A stretch of DNA of 64,000 nucleotides from Candidatus Aenigmatarchaeota archaeon (GCA_030615205.1 JAUWZS010000002.1:131212-195211); one strand, 5' to 3'. Counted from the first letter of the stretch, positions 8,796-18,705 are shown. Translations and numbers: made by a program. Notes: generated from the sequence alone by a model not told the origin.

Positions 8796-9548
8796 TTAAA
8801 AAGTGAGCCAGCCGCCGTCAACAAAGATTGTTTCGCCTGTTATATAATTGGATTCGTCCGATGCTAAGAAAGCAGCAACATTCGCTATTTCTTCTGGCTG
8901 TCCGAGCCTGCCGAGCGGAATGCGCGCAAGAATCTGTTTAAGATATTTCGGATCGTCTTCGAGTTGCTTTGTCATATCTGTCTGGATCGCGCCTGGGCCG
9001 ATAGAGGTAACGTTTATCCTGTGCGGTGCGAGCTCCAGTGCCATTTGTTTTGTCAGCTCTATGACGCCAGCCTTTGCAGCACAGTAATGTGGAAGGTTAT
9101 GAAATCCTATAAAGCCTGCGATCGATGATATGTTTATTATTTTTCCGCCATTGCCTTGCTTAATCATTTGTTTAGCAGCTGCCTGTGAGCATAGAAAAAC
9201 ACCTTTCAAATCAACATCCATCAGAGCATCCCACTGTTCCTCTTTCAAATCCAAAAAATTCGCATAGGTAATCGTGCCAGCATTATTCACAAATATATCC
9301 AAACTGCCAAATCCTTTCACAGCCGCATCAACAAGTTTTTTTGCAGTTTCAGCTTTGCTTACATCGCCTTCCACAGCAACAGCCTTTCCACCAGCTTTTA
9401 CAATCTCATCAACAACCTTTTGCGCGCTTTCTTTCTTCCTGCTATTCACAACAACAGCCGCGCCTTCTTTTGCAAGCTTGATTGCTATTGCTTTTCCGAT
9501 ACCGCGTGAGGAGCCTGTGACAACTGCAACCTTATCCTTTAGTCTCAT
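8796..9548 (-). CDS. short-chain dehydrogenase/reductase (FabG / glucose dehydrogenase-like)
   Basis: TGSSRGIGKAIA (TGxxxGxG), NNAG and the YCAAK catalytic YxxxK. The start is moved to MRLKDKVAVVTG at 9548. Confidence 0.85.
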   Translation of the reverse strand: MRLKDKVAVVTGSSRGIGKAIAIKLAKEGAAVVVNSRKKESAQKVVDEIVKAGGKAVAVEGDVSKAETAKKLVDAAVKGFGSLDIFVNNAGTITYANFLDLKEEQWDALMDVDLKGVFLCSQAAAKQMIKQGNGGKIINISSIAGFIGFHNLPHYCAAKAGVIELTKQMALELAPHRINVTSIGPGAIQTDMTKQLEDDPKYLKQILARIPLGRLGQPEEIANVAAFLASDESNYITGETIFVDGGWLTF

Positions 9549-9589
9549 ATAATTTAATTTGTAGTTTAGTAACATAAAACTTCTATAAA

Positions 9590-10411
9590 TCAAAAATATG
9601 CATAAATCAAAGCAACCATTCCTACAATCCAACAATAATACGCGAAGAAATAGAATTTTCCTTTATTCAAGATGCCCCACAGAAATTTAAGCGAGAGGTA
9701 TCCAACAACCGCAGCAATAACCGCGCCTGCAACCATTTCAAAGCCAATCGCAGCTAAATTCAAATTCACAGTTGCTCTGTACAGCTCAAACACGCTCGCC
9801 CCGATTATGGCAGGAATTGCAAGTAGAAATGAAAAAACGAATGCTTGTTGTCTGTTGATCTTCCTAAAAAGCGCTGAGGAAATTGTAATTCCGCTTCTTG
9901 AAATTCCCGGTAGCAGAGAAAATGCTTGTACGATGCCGACGAAGAAAGCATTTTTAGAATTTAATCTTTTTTCAACCCTGCCTCGAAAAATTTTTGTAAA
10001 ATATAAAATAGAACCTGTGATTATCAAAGCCGAACCGACTGCAACAAGGCTATTGAAAAGAGGCGTAATAAGATCGTAAAGAAAGAATCCTGCTAAAGCT
10101 ATTGGTATGCTGCCAATCAAAATAAACAAACCGAGCTTCCCATCGCCAGATTTAAAATCCAGCCGTACTATTGCCTGTAATATTTTCAAAATATCTTTCC
10201 AGAAAAATGCAAATAGAGCAAACAGCGTACCAGCGTGCAGCATAATATCAAAGAACAATGGCACTTGCATCCCAAACGCCTGCTGAGCAATGACCAGATG
10301 GCCTGAACTGGAAATCGGAAGCCATTCTGTCAGTCCTTGCACAATGCCTAGAAAAACTGCTTCGAATAAATTTACCACATCTACCACATTTACTATATCC
10401 GCCACATTCAT
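9590..10411 (-). CDS. uppP: undecaprenyl-diphosphatase
   Basis: QGLTEWLPISSSGHL and LPGISRSGITIS motifs of the BacA/UppP family; multi-TM protein. Confidence 0.85.
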   Translation of the reverse strand: MNVADIVNVVDVVNLFEAVFLGIVQGLTEWLPISSSGHLVIAQQAFGMQVPLFFDIMLHAGTLFALFAFFWKDILKILQAIVRLDFKSGDGKLGLFILIGSIPIALAGFFLYDLITPLFNSLVAVGSALIITGSILYFTKIFRGRVEKRLNSKNAFFVGIVQAFSLLPGISRSGITISSALFRKINRQQAFVFSFLLAIPAIIGASVFELYRATVNLNLAAIGFEMVAGAVIAAVVGYLSLKFLWGILNKGKFYFFAYYCWIVGMVALIYAYF

Positions 10412-10511
10412 ATCGTTATACTTAATTTAACTTACTTATTATTAAAAAAATAAATGAATAATTATGACTGAGAATAATCCCGGAAGCAAAACTGGGAGCA
10501 AACCAAAAACA

Positions 10512-13007
10512 ATGATAAACAGAATAACAATGCAGGGATTCAAAAGCTTCAACAGGCGCGTGAGTGTGCCGTTGCTTATGGGCTTCAACATATTTTGCGG
10601 TCCGAACGGCGTCGGTAAATCGAATGTCGTCGATGCCATTTGTTTCGTGCTTGGCCGGACAAGTGCAAAGAGCATGCGTGCTGGCAGGCTTCATGAGATG
10701 ATTTTCCATGGCGGAGACGGAAAGGCTGCAGCCAAGCAGGCCGTTGTTACGCTTTATTTGGACAACAGCAGTGGTGCTTTCAAATTTGATGATGACGAAG
10801 TCTCTGTGACACGCAAAGTGAACAAAAAGGGCGTCTCTGTTTACAAACTCAACGGCCGCACGACAACGAGGCAGAAGGTGCTCGAGTTTCTTTCGAGTGC
10901 GCGGATATATCCAGACGGCCATAACATCGTGATGCAAGGCGATATAACGCAGATCATCGAGATGAACCCGATAGAGCGACGCGGGATGATAGATGAGATA
11001 TCTGGCATAGCAGAATACAATGATAAAAAAGCAAAAGCTAACCGGGATCTGGAAAAAGTTGACCAAAGACTGCGCGAAGCAGAGATAGTTATAAGTGAAA
11101 GATATGAACGTTTCAGGCGGCTTGAGCAGGAGCGCAATGCTGCGATAAAATACCAAAACCTGCAAAAACAGTTGGCATTGTTGCGTGCGTCATTGGCACA
11201 TAAAAAAGTAGAAACATTGGAAAATAAAATCAGGAAAACAGATGAAGACATAGAACGCAAGCAAATGCAAAGCGAACGGGTGGATTCGACAATAGAAAAG
11301 CTGGAAGCTGACATAGATGAGCGCGAAGAAAATATGCGTGACATAGCCGACAAGCTTATCGAGATGTCAAAACGTGTGGGTGAGGAAAAGAAAGTCTCCG
11401 AGCTTCGCTCAAGGATGCTGATCGTGAAGAGCCAGATAGATTCGAACATGCGCGAGATCGAAAGGCTCACAGCGCTTACAGACAAGCTTGAGGCCCTTGA
11501 ATCAAGAAAAATAGAGCTCACAGGCAGGATGCCGCGAGCTGTTAAGGCTATTCTCAAGCTCAAATTGCGGGGCGTTCATGGTGTTGTACGCGATCTTATC
11601 AGCGTGCCGGAAAAGTACTCTGTTGCTATCGAAATCACAGCAGGCAGGCATTTGAACGATATTGTTGTTGAAAGCGATGATATAGCCAGCTACTGTATAG
11701 ATTATTTGAAAAGGGAAAAGATCGGACGTGCTACTTTTTTGCCGCTCAATAAAATCCGGTCAGGCCTGTTCAAAAACACAAACCTGCTTCACAGGCCAGG
11801 CGTTGTAGGAGTTGCTTCCAAACTTATAAAATATAATACAAAGTTCATGCGGGCAATAGAATTTGTTTTCGGTCGTACGCTTGTTGTCGAGAATTTGGAT
11901 GCAGCACGAGCAATCGGCATAGGCTCAGCACGTATGGTGACATTGGATGGCGATCTGGTCGAGCGCTCAGGTGCAATGATAGGTGGCCATTTCATACGAA
12001 CGCATCTGAAAACAATCACCACATCAGCTGCAGAGGAAATCGAAAGATACGGCAAGCATAGAAAAAAGCTTGAAGAGGAAATCGAAACTCTGCGGGCAGG
12101 GCTTGAGGGCATGGAAAAAGAACTGGGAAAATATGCAAAATCCGAATCGATTGGAGAAGCTGTGAATCTTGAAAAGCTTCGCATAAGCTCGGAGCGCGAA
12201 ATGGATGAGCTTCGTACAAAACGCAAACGAACGTATGAACGTAAAGTGCGACTGCAGACCGATTTGAACAAATTGAACATAGAAAAAGCAAAAGCAGAAG
12301 CCGAGCTGCAAAACGCGAAAATAGAAATCAGCCAATACGGTGAGCTGGAGTATATAGACGATACTGTGCCAGGTTTGCAAAAGTTCATACGAAAAGCCGC
12401 AGACGAGCTTCAATCAATCGGCCTAGTAAATATGAAAGCAATTGAAGAATATGAGCTCTTCCGCTCGCACTTCGATGAATACAAAAAGAAATATGAAAAA
12501 ATCCTAGAAGAGAAGAAAGCTGTAATAGATATGATGGAAGAGATAGAGGGCAAAAGAATGGAAGTTTTCTACAACTGCTTGAAAATAGTCAGCCAGCATT
12601 TTAGCAACACCTTTACCAAAATGACAAACGGTACAGCCTCCTTGCAGCTTGAAGATCAATCAAATCTTGAAAGCGGTCTCTTAATCCAAGCAAACCCAGG
12701 AGGCAAACGCATGCTGAATATAGATTCGATGTCCGGCGGAGAGAAAACCATAACAGCACTTGCATTTATTTTCGCAATCCAAAAATACAAGCCTGCTCCA
12801 TTCTACATACTCGACGAGGTAGACGCGGCGCTGGACAAGGAAAACAGCCAGAAAATGGCAGAACTCATAAAAGCACTGTCCACAAACGAGCAATTCGTAA
12901 TGATCACGCATAATGACCAGACAATAAAATACGGCGACCGAGTGTATGGAATGACAATGGAGCGTGGTGAATCAAAGATATTGGGCGTTGAGCTGCCGAA
13001 AAGTTAG
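10512..13007 (+). CDS. smc: SMC chromosome-condensation ATPase, unusually short (about 831 aa)
   Basis: Walker A GPNGVGKSN. Hinge GVHGVVRDLISVPEKYSVAIEITAGRHLNDIVV...GRATFLPLN. Signature SGGEKT. Walker B FYILDEVDAALD. Followed directly by scpA. Start taken at MINRITMQGFKSF. Confidence 0.85.
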   Translation: MINRITMQGFKSFNRRVSVPLLMGFNIFCGPNGVGKSNVVDAICFVLGRTSAKSMRAGRLHEMIFHGGDGKAAAKQAVVTLYLDNSSGAFKFDDDEVSVTRKVNKKGVSVYKLNGRTTTRQKVLEFLSSARIYPDGHNIVMQGDITQIIEMNPIERRGMIDEISGIAEYNDKKAKANRDLEKVDQRLREAEIVISERYERFRRLEQERNAAIKYQNLQKQLALLRASLAHKKVETLENKIRKTDEDIERKQMQSERVDSTIEKLEADIDEREENMRDIADKLIEMSKRVGEEKKVSELRSRMLIVKSQIDSNMREIERLTALTDKLEALESRKIELTGRMPRAVKAILKLKLRGVHGVVRDLISVPEKYSVAIEITAGRHLNDIVVESDDIASYCIDYLKREKIGRATFLPLNKIRSGLFKNTNLLHRPGVVGVASKLIKYNTKFMRAIEFVFGRTLVVENLDAARAIGIGSARMVTLDGDLVERSGAMIGGHFIRTHLKTITTSAAEEIERYGKHRKKLEEEIETLRAGLEGMEKELGKYAKSESIGEAVNLEKLRISSEREMDELRTKRKRTYERKVRLQTDLNKLNIEKAKAEAELQNAKIEISQYGELEYIDDTVPGLQKFIRKAADELQSIGLVNMKAIEEYELFRSHFDEYKKKYEKILEEKKAVIDMMEEIEGKRMEVFYNCLKIVSQHFSNTFTKMTNGTASLQLEDQSNLESGLLIQANPGGKRMLNIDSMSGGEKTITALAFIFAIQKYKPAPFYILDEVDAALDKENSQKMAELIKALSTNEQFVMITHNDQTIKYGDRVYGMTMERGESKILGVELPKS

Positions 13008-13040
13008 ACTGCTGAAAGGTTAGACTATGGTGAATTAAAA

Positions 13041-13751
13041 ATGGTGGAAGAGGACAATCTTTTGAAAATGATACTCGAAAAGGAAAGTTGGGAAGAAATA
13101 ATCTATCAAATCGTCAGTCTTGAACAGATAGATCCGTGGGATGTAGACCTTATCAAGCTAACAGAAGGTTTCTTACGCTTCATCCGACCAGCCGAGCAGC
13201 TCGACTTTCGCATACCTGCAAAGATTGTTTTTGTAGCAGCAATCCTTCTCCGGCTAAAATCCGATTATCTATCAATCTTCGAAGAACGCTCTGCAGTTGA
13301 GGAGGTGCTAGAGCGGGAAAAACCGTTTGTTGATCTGGGTATTGACCCAAATCTAGTAAAGCTTGGTCTGCCAATGAAGCGCGTGCCAAAGCGTCAAGTC
13401 ACGCTAGACGAGCTCATAGTCGCATTGAAGAAAGCTGTGACAGTACGCGAGAGGAAAGTTGAAAGAAAGCACCGCATACGTGCACGGCTGCGTGCAGAAC
13501 TCAAAGCAGAAGAAGATATAACAAAACGAATAGAAAAAGTCATGGCTGATATAGAACACCGCATGCAAGCAGCACGCTCGGACAAACTGAAATTCAGGGA
13601 TCTCGTAGAAAAATGGGAACGTGAAGAAGTCTTGAATCACTTCATCCCAATTCTACACCTCGAAAAAAACCAAAAAATATCCACAGAACAAGAAGAATTT
13701 TTCAAAGAGATATATATCAGCAGGAGGAATTTCCCTGAAAAATACATTTAA
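13041..13751 (+). CDS. scpA: segregation and condensation protein A (kleisin)
   Basis: WEEIIYQIVSLEQIDPWDVDLIKLTEGFLRFI N-terminal ScpA signature. Adjacent to smc. Confidence 0.75.
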   Translation: MVEEDNLLKMILEKESWEEIIYQIVSLEQIDPWDVDLIKLTEGFLRFIRPAEQLDFRIPAKIVFVAAILLRLKSDYLSIFEERSAVEEVLEREKPFVDLGIDPNLVKLGLPMKRVPKRQVTLDELIVALKKAVTVRERKVERKHRIRARLRAELKAEEDITKRIEKVMADIEHRMQAARSDKLKFRDLVEKWEREEVLNHFIPILHLEKNQKISTEQEEFFKEIYISRRNFPEKYI

Positions 13752-13774
13752 AGTACAAATTTTATAAATTAACT

Positions 13775-14044
13775 ATGAGATTTAAGGAGTTTTCTAAAAA
13801 ATATTGGTTTATATTCGTTATCATAATCGTGATGATTATCGCAATATTTTTATTTTTACCAACTCAGATGTATAATTGCAACCAGGATTTTGATTGCAAA
13901 AGAGTTGAATTATGCGAGTGTAAATGCATTAATAAAAATCTCGAATGGTTTTATCAATTAACTACTCAACCTTGTTTATATGGTCTTTGCTATGGAGATT
14001 GTGTTTGCCAAAATAATAAATGTACTTTAACTAATTATCCTTAA
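13775..14044 (+). CDS. small membrane-anchored cysteine-rich protein
   Basis: TM (WFIFVIIIVMIIAIFLFL) followed by a 10-Cys ectodomain (CNQDFDCKRVELCECKCIN...CLYGLCYGDCVCQNNKC). Confidence 0.5.
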   Translation: MRFKEFSKKYWFIFVIIIVMIIAIFLFLPTQMYNCNQDFDCKRVELCECKCINKNLEWFYQLTTQPCLYGLCYGDCVCQNNKCTLTNYP

Positions 14045-14160
14045 TTTTGGTTTTAGGTAATTCCTCTTGGTTGTATAGTTTATTCAAGGAAATATTCATA
14101 TGTTTGAGCATCGAAAGTCTTAAAATGTATTGAACTAAACTAATATTAGGTGGTATAAAA

Positions 14161-14427
14161 ATGGTTAAGGTAAAAAAGAGGAATGGAAGAATAGAAGATT
14201 TCATGGAATCAAAAATCACAACAGGTTGTCAAAAGGCAGGTGCAACTGCTGAAGAGGCTGCACAAGTAGTAAAGGATGTTTCTATGAGCATTGTAAATAT
14301 GGCCATAGTTCCGGCTGAACAGTTATCACAAATGGTAGTAACATCACTTAGGAAAGTCAATAATGCCGCTGCAGATGCATTCGTTAAATTCAGAGATGAA
14401 AAATTGAAAACCAAAAAATCAGAATAA
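14161..14427 (+). CDS. stand-alone ATP-cone domain protein
   Basis: VKVKKRNGRIEDFMESKITTGCQKAG...AAQVVKDV matches the ATP-cone start (V.KRdG..e.F...Ki). Confidence 0.6.
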   Translation: MVKVKKRNGRIEDFMESKITTGCQKAGATAEEAAQVVKDVSMSIVNMAIVPAEQLSQMVVTSLRKVNNAAADAFVKFRDEKLKTKKSE

Positions 14428-14523
14428 TATCAAATAACTATTCTTCAAGGAGATCTACATATCAAGAAGAATCTCCACTTCGGACCAATCGGAAAGTTGT
14501 GAATAGTTGTCAACCTTACAATT

Positions 14524-15174
14524 TTAAAATGTATTACTTGTCTTTCGGCTAAACGATATTTTTATAGAATATAAAATTCTCAGTGCCCATTCCAACATGA
14601 TACAGAATGATAAAAATTTGAATATTTCCCAACCCATAGAAGACGTAGTAGCCAATCGCCCCATTAATAAATCCCAAGAAAAGAAATTGGGATCGATTAG
14701 GAATATAGCCAATAGAGCGAAGGGAACAAGCTTTGCCAAATCTCGTGATAAATCTTCATTTAAATAGGAAATAATTCTAACCGCGGATACGAGGGTTATT
14801 GAAATGAGTATTATTTGTCTAACAGGAACATCTTTTGTCATTACAAACATTAAGACAGAGAGAACTGCAAACCAGAAACCAACATAAAATGGAAAAGCTA
14901 TACCATATTTTAAAATGTAGAGAAAAACACTTGCTGCTTTTTTTGTTCTGTTCCATTTCATCCCTGGAATTTCGTATTTGCTCAAATCCAATTTGAACAA
15001 GTCCCTTTTTGACAAAATTCTATAGAAAAACCAAATGAAAACTACGTAGAAAAAAATACCTATAGTAAAAATTAACAATTCCAAATAAGTCGTGGTTATC
15101 ATATTATAAAATATAGAGAAGTAATTTGCAGATTGTAAAGTTTGGATAAAACCAGTAACATTAAATTCAAACAT
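14524..15174 (-). CDS. polytopic membrane protein
   Basis: 216 aa with about 6 hydrophobic helices. No family recognised. Confidence 0.55.
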   Translation of the reverse strand: MFEFNVTGFIQTLQSANYFSIFYNMITTTYLELLIFTIGIFFYVVFIWFFYRILSKRDLFKLDLSKYEIPGMKWNRTKKAASVFLYILKYGIAFPFYVGFWFAVLSVLMFVMTKDVPVRQIILISITLVSAVRIISYLNEDLSRDLAKLVPFALLAIFLIDPNFFSWDLLMGRLATTSSMGWEIFKFLSFCIMLEWALRILYSIKISFSRKTSNTF

Positions 15175-15302
15175 AATCTATTTAACGTGAGTTCTTTTAA
15201 ATAAGTCTTTTAGAACGCCCGGAGTGGGATTTGAAGACACGAATATTCGTTCTAGAATGAATAAACTTTTATTTTATATATCCTTACATAATTCTGATTG
15301 AA

Positions 15303-16574
15303 TTGAGTTGGTTAGACAGGATTTTTGGAAAAAAAGAAGAAGAAAGGTTTGAAGAAACAAAGATGTCGCTGAAAGAGGTAGAAGATTTTCTAGCGAACAA
15401 AATGAAAAAAGATTTTGAACCTTTTAAAAAGTCAGCTAAAAAAGAATATGGAAACTTACAGCTAGTTGCCGATACCATGCAAGATCAACTGAAAAGCCTT
15501 ATACAGGCGCCTTATTCTGAAAGAACCTATCCCATACTTATAAGAAAATCTGTGGGAAGTAGAAAAAGTTTTGTCTATAAGATGAGGAGCTTGGTCAAAC
15601 AGATACAAAAACCAATTGGAGAAGACATGACTTCTATTCTTAATTTCCATAATGAAACTGCTAAATCAATCAATATCACAAACACAAAAACACTGAGAGA
15701 ATACGCATTTGTGAAAGAATTGTTCGAAAAGGAAGCAAAAAAAGTATTACAAAGCTTTCGCCAGATAGTTGAAATAGACAAGAAATTGGGAAATATAGTC
15801 AAAGAGTTCATAGAATCTAATGCACAACTGTTAAAGGTACAAGAGGTTGCTGCTGAAGTATTAAAATTAACAGAAGAACTGAAAAAGAAAAATGAAACGA
15901 ACGGATTAGAAAAAATGCTGAAAGAAATAGGGAATAAAAATAAGAAAATTGAAGATGAGTTGAAAAAATTACTTGATAGCAATGAGTGGAAAACATTTTT
16001 GGGGATGCAAAGAATTAGGGAAGATATGAAAACAAGTCTGCAGAATAAAAAATCTGATTTTATACAATCTGTCACAAAAGTAGAAAAACCCTTGAAGAAA
16101 TACAAATGGTCTGTTGAAAATAAAATTTTGGATGATTATGCACAACATTCGTTTGAATCTATTTTATCTGAAGATCCTAAGGGGGAAGTTTTCATGTCCG
16201 CCATCAAAGATATGAAAATAAAGATAATTGAAGGGAAGATGGATTTGAAGGATAGTGACAAATGTCTGGCTGTTATAGAAAGAATGATAGAAGACAATAC
16301 CATAGGAAAAATCCTTGAGGAATATTTAAAGCTTTCAGAGGAATTGAGAAACCAAGAAGAAAAAATAGCATTACAAGAAGTTCCAAAAAGAAAGAGTAAT
16401 TTAGAAACTGAGATGAGTAAATTAAAAAGAGAAATGGAAGAAATCAAAGCTGAGAAGGAAAGAGTTGAAGAGCGAAGAAAAAGAATGCAAACAGATAAAG
16501 AACAAAAATTAAAAGAATTGGAAAATTTGCTAAATGATGTTGCTGGTAAAAGAATTTTATTAGAAATAAACTAA
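15303..16574 (+). CDS. long coiled-coil protein
   Basis: 423 aa, K/E/L-rich with heptad-like sequence throughout. TTG start at 15303, so the true start is uncertain. Confidence 0.55.
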   Translation: MSWLDRIFGKKEEERFEETKMSLKEVEDFLANKMKKDFEPFKKSAKKEYGNLQLVADTMQDQLKSLIQAPYSERTYPILIRKSVGSRKSFVYKMRSLVKQIQKPIGEDMTSILNFHNETAKSINITNTKTLREYAFVKELFEKEAKKVLQSFRQIVEIDKKLGNIVKEFIESNAQLLKVQEVAAEVLKLTEELKKKNETNGLEKMLKEIGNKNKKIEDELKKLLDSNEWKTFLGMQRIREDMKTSLQNKKSDFIQSVTKVEKPLKKYKWSVENKILDDYAQHSFESILSEDPKGEVFMSAIKDMKIKIIEGKMDLKDSDKCLAVIERMIEDNTIGKILEEYLKLSEELRNQEEKIALQEVPKRKSNLETEMSKLKREMEEIKAEKERVEERRKRMQTDKEQKLKELENLLNDVAGKRILLEIN

Positions 16575-16604
16575 CTTATAATTTTGAAAAACAAAAATAA
16601 TTAT

Positions 16605-16862
16605 ATGGAAACTTACAGTCCTGAAGAAGTTAAAAAAATCATAGGAATGTTGAGTTCAATCAATGCTAAAGTCAAAAAGACTAAAGGTGATGAACCCACC
16701 AAACTTGAAAAGCAGATAGGATATCTGAAGCAAAGGCTCAAGTTTTTCAACCCGACAAAGAAAATGCTCGGTTACATAATTAATCAAGCTGAACATAGCA
16801 AAGTAAAACTAGATCCAGTTCTTTTGGAAAAACTAAAAAACGAGTTTATCAAGAAAGGTTAG
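16605..16862 (+). CDS. hypothetical protein
   Basis: ATG at 16605 inside the ORF that opens at 16584 (TTG). No motif recognised. Confidence 0.4.
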   Translation: METYSPEEVKKIIGMLSSINAKVKKTKGDEPTKLEKQIGYLKQRLKFFNPTKKMLGYIINQAEHSKVKLDPVLLEKLKNEFIKKG

Positions 16863-16963
16863 CACTCGAACTCTTTCTATCATTATTTGACAGTTCTATA
16901 GTTTTAAAAAATAAATCAAAGAAAAAAATCTTAAACTGGTAATCTAAAACATTTTTGATACAA

Positions 16964-17116
16964 TCAGTATTTTCTATGTTTTGGATAACATTCTTTACAA
17001 TAAACTGGTCTGTCTCCAGAAGGCTTGAAAGGAACTTCACACTCTTTTCCGCAATCTGCACAAGTTGCCTTATGCATCTCACGTGGTCCGCCAAACCCGC
17101 GTTCTTGGAATACCAT
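16964..17116 (-). CDS. small CxxC-x17-CxxC zinc-ribbon protein (50 aa)
   Basis: Hand translation gives MVFQERGFGGPREMHKATCADCGKECEVPFKPSGDRPVYCKECYPKHRKY. It is below the 60-aa cut-off of the ORF track and in a different frame from the tracked 91-aa ORF 16849..17124. Confidence 0.7.
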   Translation of the reverse strand: MVFQERGFGGPREMHKATCADCGKECEVPFKPSGDRPVYCKECYPKHRKY

Positions 17117-17309
17117 ATATTCACCTTTTTTGTTTTGAAATATACAAAGACTTACTAGGAGTAGAATCTGTTGTATACTGTAAAGTTTATTATGAAATGG
17201 GGTTTAAATACCTTCGTCTAACGCTTCAAACCAATTTTCTCCCTCCATTGACAATATCTTATTATACTATTTTTAAATATTAATTATTAAGCCAAATCAA
17301 ATATAATCT

Positions 17310-17513
17310 ATGGTTAAGAAAAAAATAAAACGGATTAAACAAATGAAACCGTGTATGCCAGATCATTTGCATTTCGCAAAGAAGAAGATGGTCTTCGGCT
17401 TCATGCTGTTCCTATTTGGTCTTATTATATATTTGGGATACAGTTGGGAAATCGCTTTCATGGTCATCGGAGCATTAATATTCTTGAAAGGATTGATGCA
17501 CCTTAAGAAATAA
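17310..17513 (+). CDS. small two-helix membrane protein
   Basis: 67 aa with two hydrophobic segments (VFGFMLFLFGLIIYLGY, IAFMVIGALIFL). Confidence 0.4.
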   Translation: MVKKKIKRIKQMKPCMPDHLHFAKKKMVFGFMLFLFGLIIYLGYSWEIAFMVIGALIFLKGLMHLKK

Positions 17514-17532
17514 TAGCAACTATCGCAAATGG

Positions 17533-18054
17533 TCAGCTGATAAGAAATAGGAAGACCAAATACCCAGCAACGATCCCAGCAACACTCGAGATCATCATTA
17601 TCAATATCCTCCTTTTAGTGAACAACCCTGGTCTACGTTCTGACAGCTTTGGCATTTTAGGTATTGAAAACTCTTCCGAATGTCCAGGCTCTTCTACTGG
17701 CAGTCCCTCTTTTACAGCAGGCTCATATGCAACAGGCTCTTTTCCATCAACAACTTTCTGTACATATTCTGAGATTTTCTCTTCTACGTCAACAGAACCA
17801 TTTATCGGCTGTTCGATTTCTGGCCGTTGTTTGACTTCATGTTCCTTTTTGACTTCTTTCTTAACTTCTATCTCTTTCTCGACTTTTTCAGGTTCTTCTT
17901 GCACATGTTCTGCTGCTGGGCTTGGGGTTGGAGCTGCTATTGAGGGTGGAGTTGGGACTGTAATAGAGGCTGAAGTAGATTGCGATAAAACACTTTCTCC
18001 TTCACTGATTGTTTGCAGCTTCTTTTTTACCCATTCTCGGACTTGCTCATCCAT
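17533..18054 (-). CDS. tail-anchored P/E-rich protein
   Basis: Start at MDEQVREW. P/E/V-rich low-complexity middle. C-terminal TM ILIMMISSVAGIVAGYLVFLFLI. Confidence 0.5.
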   Translation of the reverse strand: MDEQVREWVKKKLQTISEGESVLSQSTSASITVPTPPSIAAPTPSPAAEHVQEEPEKVEKEIEVKKEVKKEHEVKQRPEIEQPINGSVDVEEKISEYVQKVVDGKEPVAYEPAVKEGLPVEEPGHSEEFSIPKMPKLSERRPGLFTKRRILIMMISSVAGIVAGYLVFLFLIS

Positions 18055-18177
18055 AATTATCTCTAAAATTAATTTAGTTTGTGTGAAATAAAAATAAAGC
18101 ATTTAAGAAAAGAAATTATCTGTTTTTTTCAAAACTTTTATCCAAATAAAAACAAATAATATTCTATTGGCGATTGA

Positions 18178-18705
18178 ATGAATAAAAAAGCCCTTCTTGA
18201 AGCAGCGCTGTTCGTGTCCGATACGCCGTTAACAGTAGAGCGTTTGGCGAATATTGTAGGCATAGGCTCAGAAGAGCAGATCAGACAGCTGCTATCGCAA
18301 ATCAGGGACGAGCTCAAAGCAGCAGATCGTGGCATAGTGCTCGAAGAAACGCCTGAAGGATTTGAACTGCGCATCAAGCAAGAATACAGAAACCAAGTTG
18401 CAAAGCTTGCGCCGTTTTCTGATCTATCTGAGGGCATGCTGCGTACGCTTGCGATTGTGGCAGCAAGGCAACCGATAAAGCAGTCTATAATCGTAAAGTA
18501 CCAAGGAAATAAAGTATACGGTTATATAAGAGACCTAGAATCTAAGGGGCTCATTAAAGCCGAAAAGTTTGGTCGTACTAAGCTTGTTACTGTGACAAGT
18601 GGTTTTGAAAATTATTTCGGTAAGAGCACTGATGAAATAAAACAAATGCTCAATTCTAAATCGGGAAAAGAAGCGAAAGAAGAAGTAAAAGAGAAAGCCA
18701 AATAA
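18178..18705 (+). CDS. scpB: segregation and condensation protein B
   Basis: LLEAALFVSDTPLTVERLANIVG...GFELRIKQEY...LRTLAIVAARQPI, the tandem winged-helix ScpB pattern. Confidence 0.8.
   Translation: MNKKALLEAALFVSDTPLTVERLANIVGIGSEEQIRQLLSQIRDELKAADRGIVLEETPEGFELRIKQEYRNQVAKLAPFSDLSEGMLRTLAIVAARQPIKQSIIVKYQGNKVYGYIRDLESKGLIKAEKFGRTKLVTVTSGFENYFGKSTDEIKQMLNSKSGKEAKEEVKEKAK

Noticed and set aside
10422-11563. Long minus-strand ORFs (247 aa and 240 aa) overlapping the 5' third of smc.
   Set aside because: They are antisense to a gene with full SMC motif support. Their products are low-complexity (S/R/F-rich) with no motifs, which is typical of shadow ORFs.
15221-15262. GC-rich GCCCGGAGTGGGATTTGAAGACACGAATATTCGTTCT. 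Its reverse complement contains TTCAAATCCCAC, which resembles a tRNA T-arm plus acceptor, and it also holds a 12-nt palindrome ACGAATATTCGT.
   Set aside because: No complementary T-stem 5' strand, D-arm, anticodon arm or matching 5' acceptor strand could be found on either strand. At most it is a decayed tRNA fragment or a hairpin upstream of 14524..15174.
15303-16574. The N-terminus MSWLDRIFGKKEEE of the 423-aa coiled-coil protein resembles ESCRT-III/Snf7 N-termini.
   Set aside because: The similarity is limited to a few residues, the protein is about twice the usual ESCRT-III length, and no CdvA or Vps4 neighbour is present. This is not enough to make a call.
16849-17124. 91-aa minus-strand ORF from the track.
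   Set aside because: A different frame on the same strand encodes a clean 50-aa CxxC-x17-CxxC zinc ribbon (16964..17116). The 91-aa product has no features.
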